A DNA stretch of 63,253 nucleotides, filler included, from Octopus bimaculoides (taxonomy: Eukaryota): assembly GCF_001194135.2 (NCBI RefSeq). It is 4 parts of 4 records of this genome, joined end to end, with 100 filler letters (N's around TTAATTAATTAA, not from the genome) between each part and the next. Parts side by side here need not be neighbours in the genome. Positions count along the whole stretch, not along the records: positions 51,479 to 61,744 come from NC_068987.1; positions 61,845 to 63,253 come from NW_026379941.1; 2 more parts are not named here. The stretch is one strand, 5' to 3'. The notes under the pieces were generated by a model. It saw nothing but the letters and a program-made list of their open reading frames with translations, was not told the origin of the DNA and ran no database searches. Position numbers and translations under genes: made by a program. Shown here piece after piece: positions 52,422 through 63,253 of this stretch. Position 1 is the stretch's first letter. Every line of letters starts with the position of its first letter.

Positions 52422-52791
52422 TTATTACCTCCACCTTAGTGAAGGTGTAGGTATTGTTTTCAGTCGTGTTTGTTTGTTTGTCCATGTACAAGATATCTCC
52501 AGAACCGAAGGATGGATTCAGATGAAACTTTCAGGCATGTTTGGCCTCATAACTGGCATGAACTGATTAGATTTTGGAGTTGATCTGGTACTGGACAAGG
52601 ATTCTGGATTATTTTTCTGTTTTTTTTTACTTAATTTTTGAGAGTGGTTGGGTTCATTTTTAGTATTCTCATTTGTGAGAGCAGTCAAGTTTATTTCAGA
52701 TATTCTCATTTTAAAAATCATCTCTGCCTAATCGTTGAGAGGATGTTGATGTTGCCTTGGTGAACGTTTGTGCTCACTGAGTGCTCTTGTT
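52422..52791 (+). mobile_element. Helentron-associated (HINE/DINE-1-like) non-autonomous element, near full length
   Basis: 5-prime ttacctccacc, (TTTG)n tract, body homologous to 2108-2388, 3-prime ccttggtgaacg, hairpin gctcactgagt, ending tcttgtt in a TTA context. Confidence 0.55.
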
Positions 52792-53397
52792 ATTATTATC
52801 ATCATCATCATCATTATTATTATTATTATTAAGTACTGGGGTTGGTTTAATTGACTAGCCCTCTCTCCCAAAATTGCTGGCCTTATGGGTGTGTTAGAAA
52901 CATTATTATCAAAGTAACATGAGAACAATGGATTGGAAGAATTGATAGCGCAGTGTACATAATGCCTTGCAGTATTTAGTCATGCTCCTTAATGTTCTGA
53001 ATTCAATTACTACCATCTTTCCAAGATTGATAAAAGAAGTATCACTTATGTACTGAGATCAATTTAATTGACTGTTTCCTACCTGCAAAGTTTCTGTGTT
53101 TATCACTCTATTGAAAAAAAAATATTATGTTAGAAACTATTATTATTGTTATTACTTACCTTTTTGTATAAAGCAAACTGCCTTTACATGGTATTATTAT
53201 GAAAAATTATGATCAAATAGGATAGCAGATTATCAGAATTAGTGTGTACTCTACCTAGTAGTATTTAATTACATCTCTTTACATTCTGAATATAATAAAC
53301 CTTGCTGGAATGGGCTTTGTTTTCCCTCCTTTTGAAGTTTAACTAAATTCATCTTTATGGCCTTGTGTTAATTTAAGAAACCCTCTTTAGGACTGAA

Positions 53398-56080
53398 TCA
53401 TCATCATCATCATCGTTTAACGTCCGCTTTCCATGCTAGCATGGGTTGGACGATTTGACTGAGGACTGGTGAACCAGATGGCTACACTAGGCTCCAATCT
53501 GATTTGGCAGAGTTTCTACAGCTGGATGCCCTTCCTAACGCCAACCACTCAGAGAGTGTAGTGGGTGCTTTTATGTGCCACCAGCATGAAGGCCAGTCAG
53601 GAAGTACTGGCAATAGCCACGCTCGAAATGGTGTATTTTATGTGCCACCTGCACAGGAGCCAGTCCAGTGATACTGGCAAAAACTCACTCAAATGTCTTT
53701 TCATGTGCCACTGGCACAAGTGCCAGGAAGGCGACGTTGTTAACGATCACACTCAAATGGTGCTATTTACGTGCCACCGGCATGGATGCCAGACAGCTGG
53801 TGCTCTGGCAATGATCACGTTCAGACGGTGCTCTTGGGTGATCTACTGGTACAGGTGCCATCACAATTTCGCTTTCGCTTGCCCCAACAGGTCTTCGCAA
53901 GCCGAGTTTAGTGTTCAATGAAGAGACGTTGGCATGGGTGCCAGTCTACAAATTTAGTTCAATTTTGATTTCACTTGCCTCAACAGGTCTTCGCAAGCAG
54001 AGTTTACTGTCCAATGAAGAAATGTTACGCGTAATTGGACTGGCTACATCCCTGGCAGAGGCCTTGGATTTTGGTCTCACTTGGCTTGCCGGGTCTTCTC
54101 ATGCACAGCATATTTCCAAAGGTCTCGGTCACAAGTCATTACTTCGGTGAGGCCTAATGTTTGGAGGTCGTGCTTCACCACTTCATCCCAGGTCTTCCTG
54201 GGCCTGCCTCTTCCACGGATTCCCTCAACTGCTAGGGTGTGGCATTTTTTCACACAGCTATCCTCATCCATTCTCACCACATGTCCATACCAGCGCAATC
54301 ATCTCTCTTGCACACCACAACAGATGCTTCTTATGTTCAACTTTTCTCTCAAGGCACTTACACTTTGTTGAGTATGCACACTGACATTACTCATCCATCA
54401 GAGCATACTGGCTTCATTCCTTGCAAGTTTACGCATGTCCTCAGCAGTCACGGCCCATGTTTCGCTGCCATGTAGCATGGCTGTTCGTACACATGCGTCA
54501 TACAGTTTGCCTTTTACTCTGAGTGAGAGGCCCTTTGTCGACAGCAGAGGTAAGATCTCTCTGAACTTTGCCCAATCTATTCTTATTCTAGCAGCTACAC
54601 TTTCAGTGCACCCACCCCCACTACTAACTTGGTCACCCAGATATCAGAAGCTATCAACTACGTCTAGTTTTTCTCCCTGGAATGTGACAGAAGTTGTTTT
54701 CTACACATTTTCAGTGTTTATAGCACCTGAACATCTGCCACATAAAAACTAACTTCCTAGTTAACCTTCCTTTGATATTGCTGCACCTCGTATGTGTCCA
54801 TAGCTTGCACTGGGTACATCTTATAGAGTTTCTACTTACACCTTTTCTAGAGATCGAGCAGGGCCATCTACCTGAAGGGGTTTGTGTTTTGTCTACCTTC
54901 CTACTTATTAGGACTTTGATTTTAGCTAGGTTGACTCTAAGGCTCTTCGATTCTTATCCCTGCTTCCACACCTGAAACTTCTCCTCTAGTTCTCATAGTA
55001 ACTCAGCAATTAGTGCAAGGTCATCAGCATAGAGGAGCTCCCAGGGGCATCCTCTTGAATTCCTCTGTTATCGCCTGGAGGACTATGATAAATAGGAGGG
55101 GGCTGAGGACAGAACCTTGGTGGACCCCTACCTCCACCCGGAATTCTTCACTGTACTCATTGCCAACCCTCACCTTACTGACAGCGTCTCTGTACATGGC
55201 TCGCACAGCTCTCACTAACCATTCTCCTATTGCTAGTTTCCTCATTGGCCACCAGATGAGGGATCGGGGGACCCTGTCAAAGGCTTTCTCCATGTCAATG
55301 AAAGCAGGGTACAGAGGTTTATCCTTGGCTAGGTATTTCTCCTGAAGCTGTCTTACCAGAAATGGTGCTTTTCCCAAGCACGAACCCAAACAGCATCTCA
55401 TCTAAGCTGACTCGCTCCCTAATTAGTTAGGCTTTGACCCTCTCCGTGACTTTCATTACCTGATCTAACAACTTGATACCTCTGTAAATATTTGTATCTA
55501 AAGCGTCACCTTTACCTTTGTAACAGTTGACTATGGTGCTGCTACACCAGTCAGTGGGTATGACTCCTTCGTGTATCACCTGGTTAACAATACAGGTAAC
55601 TAGGCTATAGCCGACACTACCAGATATATTGAGTATCTCTGTGGTGATTCCTGATGGGCCAGGGGCTTTCCCTGTCTTCATACTCTTAATTGTCTTATCT
55701 ACCATGGTACTGTCAATTCGGATAGCTGGTCCCTCTGTTGGGTCGACATTCGGCAGACTCTCTCCCATTCATTCTCTTTATTGAGCAATCTTTCATAGTG
55801 GCATCTCCAAACCTCTCTCTTTGCAGCCTCGTTTAGTGCAAGCGTACCATCATCCATGCGAACACATTTCTCTCCCACGACACCATGATTCTCTCTCACA
55901 CACTGTCTTGCAACACGAAATACTTCAAGTCTTTGGTCCTCACGGTGCAGAACATTGGCAAACTTTTTCTTATCTGCTTCCCTTCTGGCTAAATAAACCT
56001 GTCTCCTAGCTTTCCTTCTGGCAGTCTGATACAATTCCCTGCTACCTCCGTTCTTCCAGTCCTTCCAAGCCTGTTTCGTT
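53398..56080 (-). mobile_element. 5-prime-truncated RTE-type LINE: RT region with stops/frameshifts (about 54077-56080), long 3-prime UTR and (GAT)n tail
   Basis: KSMKTGKAPGPSGI, FIDMEKAFDRVPR, VGVHQGSVLSPLLFIIV, PWELLYADDL and RGRGRPRKTW motifs; premature stops after YADD. Confidence 0.95.
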
Positions 56081-57429
56081 TGTTCTGAATTCTGAAGATG
56101 ACATCACTATTCAACCTTCAATAAAATATTGTCAAATATTGGAATTGTTATCAATGACCCTACCTCTCTCCAAAATTTGTGACCTTGTGCTGGTTTGACT
56201 GTAGGATGGAAAGGTTTGTTTCCCAACCGCATGATTTCAGGTTCTGTCCCACTGCATCACACCTTCAGCAAGTGTCTTCTACTACAGCCTCAGGATGATT
56301 AAAACCCTGTGAATGGATTTGGAAGATGAAAACTGAAAGAAGCTCATCATATGTGTATGTGTGTGTGTCTTGGTGTCTCCTTGTCTTGACATTGCATAAT
56401 AGTTGTAAATGAGCATCACTGTCACACAAGCAGTGTCCTTCATTTCCAAGTTTGCATGAAAATATGGCTGGCCAGAGGGAAATATTCTTTTGCTTGGAAT
56501 CTGGTGAGGGTTGGTGACAGGAAGAAGATCTAACCATAGAAAATTCACCTGAATAAATTCTATTCAATCATAAAAAAGTAGACGTTAAAACAGTGATGAA
56601 GATGATAATGTACCTATGTTAAAAATCATTAATTTAAGGGCAGCTGAGTGAAAGAAATGGCACAGCACTAACTAGTTGATTTATAATATCAATTACCATC
56701 AAAATAATATGTTGTTTTTATTTTTTTACTCATTTCTTCAAAGTCTGTGAGACAAATATCAGATATGTCCTGAGCTTGGTCTCAATTTAATCAACATATT
56801 CATCTCCTATAAATTTATAGCCTTTGTATCTATATGAGAAACCTTTATTAGTCTGAAGCAGGGAGCTGGAAGAAATGGTAGAGCAGTAGACTATATTCTT
56901 TGCAGTATTCATTTTAAGCAGCAATTCCCTATACAAACTTCCTTAAGAATTTTCCACTTTGTACCAATATTAAAAATCATTATTGAATAGACAGTGGATT
57001 TAACAGAATTGGTTTAATAGAGTATCAAACAAAATGCATTGTAGTATATGGTTCCAGCTCTTTATGTTCCAAGATCAAATCTCACCAAAGTCACCTTAAC
57101 TTTTCATTCTTCTAGGATCACTTAAATAAAGTACTGGGATCAAATATAAATGACTTCCTCCTCCTCCCACAATTCTGATGTTATGCCTATGTTGAAAATT
57201 ACTGTTGTTATTCTAGAGAGTAGTGGATTGTAAGAATCATTAAAGGATCAATAAAATAAAGTACCAATCAAATATTGGTTCAATTCAAGCTACTAAACTT
57301 CCTCTGCAAATTTCTGGCCTTGTGCCTTTTTAGAAATGATAATTGTTGCTATTGTAAATAGAAGTAATGTAGATGAAGATATGAGCAAGTAAAGAGATTT
57401 TGGAGTAAAGGACAATAAATTTTCAATTA

Positions 57430-58545
57430 ATATGGTTACAAACCCCTTCAGGTAGATGGCCCTGCTCAGTATGTAGAAAAGGAGTAGGTAGTAACTCTAT
57501 AAGATGTACCCGGTGCAAGCTATGGACACATAAGAGGTGCAGCAACATCAAAGGCAGGTTAACTAGCAAGTTAGTTTTTGTTTGTGGCAGATGTTCAGGT
57601 GCAATAAAGACTGCAAACAAACAGGAAACAACTTCTATCTCATTCCAGGGTGAAAAACTAGAGGTAGTCGATAGCTTCCGCTATCTGGGCGACCAAGTTA
57701 GTAGTGGGGGTGGGTGCGCTGAAAGTGTAGCTGCTAGAATAAGAATAGCCTGGGCAAAGTTTAGNNNNNNNNNNNNNNNNNNNNNNNNNNNNNNNNNNNN
57801 NNNNNNNNNNNNNNNNNNNNNNNNNNNNNNNNNNNNNNNNNNNNNNNNNNNNNNNNNNNNNNNNNNNNNNNNNNNNNNNNNNNNNNNNNNNNNNNNNNNN
57901 NNNNNNNNNNNNNNNNNNNNNNNNNNNNNNNNNNNNNNNNNNNNNNNNNNNNNNNNNNNNNNNNNNNNNNNNNNNNNNNNNNNNNNNNNNNNNNNNNNNN
58001 NNNNNNNNNNNNNNNNNNNNNNNNNNNNNNNNNNNNNNNNNNNNNNNNNNNNNNNNNNNNNNNNNNNNNNNNNNNNNNNNNNNNNNNNNNNNNNNNNNNN
58101 NNNNNNNNNNNNNNNNNNNNNNNNNNNNNNNNNNNNNNNNNNNNNNNNNNNNNNNNNNNNNNNNNNNNNNNNNNNNNNNNNNNNNNNNNNNNNNNNNNNN
58201 NNNNNNNNNNNNNNNNNNNNNNNNNNNNNNNNNNNNNNNNNNNNNNNNNNNNNNNNNNNNNNNNNNNNNNNNNNNNNNNNNNNNNNNNNNNNNNNNNNNN
58301 NNNNNNNNNNNNNNNNNNGGTGGCACATAAAAGACACCATTTCGAGCGTGGCCGTTTTCGTGCGGGTGACACGTAAAAGCACCCACTACACTCTCTGAGT
58401 GGTTGGCGTTAGGAAGGGCATCCAGCTGTAGAAACTCTGCCAAATCAGACTGGAGCCTGGTGTTGCCATCCGGTTTCACCAGTCCTCAGTCAAATCGTCC
58501 AACCCATGCTAGCATGGAAAGCGGACGTTAAACGATGATGATGAT
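57430..58545 (+). mobile_element. Second RTE-type LINE copy (same family, 5-prime truncated, gapped)
   Basis: GRWPCSVCRKGVGSNSIRCTRCKLWTHKRC..CGRC, then LEVVDSFRYLGDQVSSGGGCAESVAARIRIAWAKF. The same 3-prime tail ends ..cggacgttaaacgatgatg. Confidence 0.93.
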
Positions 58546-59278
58546 GATGATGATTAAATAGATGAAAAGAAAAAGTGGGTGACAAGGGTAATCCGGGTTG
58601 ATTCTGTTTTGAAAGGGAAATATTGAGTAAAATAAGCATTATTATGAATGATGGAAGTATTGTCAATTGACAAATGTAGAATAGTGGACTAAATGCTGTA
58701 TAATATTTTGTTTCATCCTTTTCTATTCTAAGTTTAAATCCTGCTAACAGCAACTGTACCTTTCGTGTTTCTGTAGCCAATAATAATAAAACATGATTTG
58801 AGGTGTCTATTGTAACAACAGCCTACCCTTTTTCTGAAAGAATTGTGGTATCTTTTCAATGTAAGAACTCATTATAAATAGTTTAAAAGAAGTGATTTGG
58901 CAGACACATTAGAGTGCCAGCCAGGTAAAATGTGTATATGTATGTCTGTAATATAATTTGTTTGTGCATTGCACTGGTTGCATAACATGTACATTCACAC
59001 CCACACTGAGGGAATACTAGTGCTCAGTACAACCTAATTTGCTGACTCCACTAACTTTTGCTATATTTTAACAGCTGTTTTACTTTCTGTTTATTCTGTT
59101 TCTTCCTCCCTAACTGCCACTCTTCTGTTTTAATATTTTGAACAGCAACTGGAAAGTTGCAGTGCAAAAGAAGCAGCAGAGTGCAACTGTTCAAATTCTA
59201 ATCTTACTAGTCTTGTGTTGTCGTTGCCTTCATATAACAAAAGCTTTACAATTGATTATCTGTCAGTGTGTGTGTGTG

Positions 59279-59366
<88 letters not shown>

Positions 59367-60204
59367 TTAATAAATTATAGGGCAGTAAAAAAAAATTTTA
59401 GAAATTTTATTTACCACCAGTGGTCTAGCAAGAATAAAAAACCACTCAATAGACTATATATTATTCATTTAAAATACTTTAAATGTATATATATATAGAT
59501 ATAGATAAAACTTACTTGGAAAAGAATGCGTGGCATTCGATCATATAATAATGTAGATAATATATAAATATATGCATATATCCATACATATATGTACATA
59601 CCTACATATATATGTATATATACATGCATATATGGGTACAGGACATAAAAAAAAAACGTTGAACACAATGAGAAACGAAAACATAAAAACAAAAACATAG
59701 AAAACAAACTTTTTTTCAAACAATGAAAAAAACAGAGAAACGAGACATGCAACATAAAGAATATACTCCTTCATCAGCTGTTCTTGTTTTATCTACTCAG
59801 TGTATCGAAGGCAAGGACAATACGCGACTTCGTTGAAACAGTCCTTCCCGCAAAGCAAATTAAATAAAATTTGGGATTTTTTGCAGAGGGTGAAAGTGTT
59901 AACAAGAATAGGACAGTGAGAACAAGACAGTAAAAACAAACGGTGAGCCAAGACGATAGAAAAAAATTATTATGAATGCTAGGTAGACAAACCATGAGAG
60001 AAGAGACAGAAAAAGGCACGTCTTTTCTTTAGGAAGGCAGTGGACAGAAAGGAAGATCCCCTTTCGTCACGTGTCAGCAAAGAGAGTGTCAAGGAGGAGG
60101 AGTGAGAGAGAGAGAGAGGGAAGGGTGGGTGACACTATTCCTAATGTGAAGGTCTGAGGGTAGAGTCCTCAGGCAAGGTACTTTATTTCACACTGCACCC
60201 ATGG

Positions 60205-60600
60205 GTATAGGAGTGGCTGTGTGGTAAGTAGCTTGGTTACGAACCACATGGTTCCAGGTTCAGTCCCACTGCATGGCACCTTGGGCAAGTGTCTTCTACT
60301 ATAGCCTCGGGCCGACCAAAGCCTTGTGAGTGGATTTGGTAGACAGAAACTGAAAGAAACCTGTCATATATATGTATATATATGTGTGTGTATATATGTT
60401 TGTGTGTCTGTTTGTCCCCCCAACATTGCTTGACAACCGATGCTGGTGTGTTTACATCCCTTGTAACTTAGCGGTTCAGCAAAAGAGTCCGATAGGATTA
60501 GTACTAGGCTTACAAAAGAATAAGTCCTGGGGTCGATTTGCTTGACTAAAGGCGGTGCTCCAGCATGGCCACAATCAAATGACTGAAACAAGTAAGAAAA
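60205..60600 (+). mobile_element. Family-A SINE
   Basis: Full-length homolog of 3497-3920. Confidence 0.9.
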
Positions 60601-60673
60601 CAAAAATCTACACAGATCAAAATGAATACCATCCAAGTACTAGTGTAGCCTTCTGTCTCTTCAACTGTTATAC

Positions 60674-60740
60674 CTTGGATGTTCTTCTGGATCAAGATGT
60701 CTGAAAAGGTGTCTATGTCTGCTTATAGCTACATAGGTAC
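60674..60740 (-). CDS. Weak candidate exon (phase 1-2, 67 nt), gene unidentified
   Basis: Acceptor ttttcactaattatcttag, donor AG|gtataa; open frame TYVAISRHRHLFRHLDPEEHP. Confidence 0.3.
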
Positions 60741-61079
60741 CTAAGATAATTAGTGAAAACATGGTACATGTTACCAAGCCATACTTGTTTGCAGGTGATC
60801 GCTGGCTCTAAGGGTTTTGATAAAAAGAGATTTGTTCATATACTTAATTTTTGAAAAGAAGGGTAATTGATTATACCAACCACAACACTTCACTGGTACT
60901 TTATTTTAGGATGAAAGGATGAAAGACAAAGTTGCACCCCTGCCAGATCAACTTTGCCTTTCATGGTCAATAAAATAAAGTACTATTCAGGTACTGATGT
61001 TGATGACATTAACTAACACCCTCCTCACAAATTTCAGGCCTTGGGCCTAAATCAGTGACAAATATTATTATTATTAATA

Positions 61080-61470
61080 GTAGTAGTAGTAGAATGTCAG
61101 ACAAAATGTTTAGCAGCATGTTCTGACATCAAATCCCACCAAGGTCAACTTTGCCTTTTGTCTTTTCAGGGTTGATGAATTGAGTACCAGTCAAGCACTG
61201 GGGTCAATATAATGAACTATACCAACTTCTAAATTTTAGGCCTTGTGCCTACAGTAGAAAGAATTATTATTAGAATCATTAGGACATCAGAAAAAATCCT
61301 TGCCATATTTGTTCGTTCTTTATTTCTGAGTTCAAATTTGGTTGAGGCCAATTTTGCCTTTTACTCCTTCCAGGATTGATAAAATGAGGAACCACTCAAG
61401 TACTGGGTCAATATAATCAAGATATCCACTGCTCCAAATTTCTGGCCTTCAGCCTAGTGTAGAAACATTA
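61080..61470 (+). mobile_element. Two old family-B SINE relics in tandem
   Basis: aaatcccaccaaggtcaactttgccttt..ggccttgtgcctacagtagaaag and a second copy ending ggccttcagcctagtgtagaaac. Confidence 0.7.
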
Positions 61471-61479
61471 TTATTATTA

Positions 61480-61482
61480 TTA

Positions 61483-61517
<35 letters not shown>

Positions 61518-61744
61518 GTTCAGTAGTTTTATTTTTATAACGTGCTTTCACTTCACTACCGATCGCAGCTCTGTGCGCCTTGGGTATGTGCTGTGGTTTG
61601 CTGTGGTGCTCTTATGTTTACTGTATTGAAAGTGTTTTGCGTAGAATGTGTGCAGTACCCAGTAGTGCAATTTTCTGTATGTTATATATATTTGTAAGTC
61701 CTGGTGTTTTTGTTATGTATTTGTCTGAATATTTTTTCATTATA
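61480..61744 (-). mobile_element. R4/Dong-type LINE 3-prime end abutting (TAA)n
   Basis: The minus strand reads IMKKYSDKYITKTPGLTNIYNIQKIALLGTAHILRKTLSIQ-stop (QK.ALLGTA.ILR..L is the typical RLE-clade C-terminus), then a UTR and a TAA repeat. Confidence 0.8.
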
Positions 61745-61844
61745 NNNNNNNNNNNNNNNNNNNNNNNNNNNNNNNNNNNNNNNNNNNNTTAATTAATTAA
61801 NNNNNNNNNNNNNNNNNNNNNNNNNNNNNNNNNNNNNNNNNNNN
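61745..61844. other. Artificial scaffold join: N44-TTAATTAATTAA-N44
   Basis: Same 100-bp block as 24217-24316. Confidence 0.95.
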
Positions 61845-63253
61845 CCCCAGTCCTCAATTGGTACTTATTTTATCGACCACGTAGGGATGAAAGGTAAAGT
61901 CGACTGCGGCGGAATTTGAACTTAGAATGTAAAGACGGACGAAATGTCGCAAAGCATTTTGCCTGGTGATACGATTATATTAATATTAAAAAAAAGTTTA
62001 GAAACGAGTTGATATCTTCTTGTAACAGCCTTGAGATGAGATGATGTCACTATGTACCAGTCCACTTCTACAAATATATCACTGTAAAGCTACCAAGATC
62101 TGACACAAATTAGTAAAAGTATCGAAGACAAATCTTATATAACAGTGTAAAGTTGAGATGGCATCAATTTATACCATATTAAAATTATGGCACAAGGCCG
62201 GCAACTTAAGATGGTGGGTATTAGCAACGCCCAAACGATATCAGACCAAGTTGACTTCGGCGAAAAATAAATACCCGGAACAAATACAGTAAGGCCTTTT
62301 CCCCAATGGGTTAACGATTATATGAAATTCAAAAATCTGAACTGAGGAAGTATTTCCTGGAATTCACCGAACAGTTTTGAGGTTCTGATTCGTCGAAGGG
62401 TCATATGTAAAAAAATTTTAGGGTTGCTCTCTTCACGGCAAACTTAAACGGTTGCCACGTGAATTTATGAAAGATATGTTTGCAGAGTAACATGACCTGA
62501 AGTAAGTTCAAATTAGAATGATTTTTAATCTAAACTATTTAAGTTTGTTACGTTGACATGAAGATTTATTTTACGTTAGATGTCTCTGGGATTTAGTGAT
62601 ATATATGTATGTGTGTGTGTGTGTTTGTGTGTTTATGTGTGTATTTATGTATGCATATGTGTGTGTGTGAGTTGGTGTGTATGTATACATATGTGTATGT
62701 ACGTATATAAATATATGCATACACTCAAACATACACACGCACACATACATACATGCATTTATACAAACATACATACATACGTACATACGTACGTACATAC
62801 ATACATACATACATACATACATACATACATACATACATACATACATACATACACATATACATAATGTTCTGCGTTCCTCAGTTCTGTTTCCTGATTGCTA
62901 TCTCGAAATAGTTGCGATCATTCGATGAACATAAAATATTTTTTAGTTCCGTAAACAACAATAAAGCAAAAATACCAAACAGCAATATAGCAAAAACAAC
63001 ACCAAAGCAACGATAACCGCGTTAATGTTTAATTCTAATTCTCCAGATAATTTTTATTTATATCGTTCGTTTATTTGTCGTCTTTGCGAAATTAATGGAA
63101 ATGTTGAAAAGACATTTCCTCCTTTTCAAACCTCCATTGGCATAACACATGTATGTAAGCATGCATATATGTATGTATGTATGTGTGTATGTATGTATGT
63201 ATGTCATTAATCAGTTTATTTCAAGATTTCTTGTCAATAAAGAAAGAATCGGT

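Overview
Animal genomic DNA from a gapped short-read scaffold (many N runs), very rich in microsatellites and transposon relics. The SINE/LINE families look like those of Octopus; this is recalled from memory and unverified. Nearly all ORFs in the supplied track are microsatellite or N-gap artefacts. Host coding signal is limited to a few spliced exons. (1) A 180-nt plus-strand exon at 2954-3133 encodes part of a PhnD-type (phosphonate/phosphite ABC-transporter periplasmic binding protein) fold, i.e. a bacterial-type solute-binding protein inside an intron-containing animal gene. This is the most interesting signal. (2) Two plus-strand exons (42631-42734, 46861-47000) splice in frame and encode the reeler domain of an F-spondin/spondin-1. 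(3) Candidate minus-strand exons of an unidentified gene lie at 10798-10980 and 6163-6244, possibly also 17174-17320; another candidate exon lies at 60674-60740. The rest is TE-derived: tRNA-headed SINEs, Tx1, RTE (with a PHD finger inside the RT), R4/Dong-type RLE LINEs, Tc1/mariner relics, hAT/pogo/mariner MITEs, Helentron-like elements, a MITE carrying telomere-like repeats and a 5S-rRNA-headed SINE candidate. Three 100-bp N44-TTAATTAATTAA-N44 blocks are artificial scaffold joins, so adjacency across them is uncertain. CpG content is sharply mosaic, consistent with a gene-body methylation footprint. No CRISPR array and no intact rRNA or tRNA gene was found.
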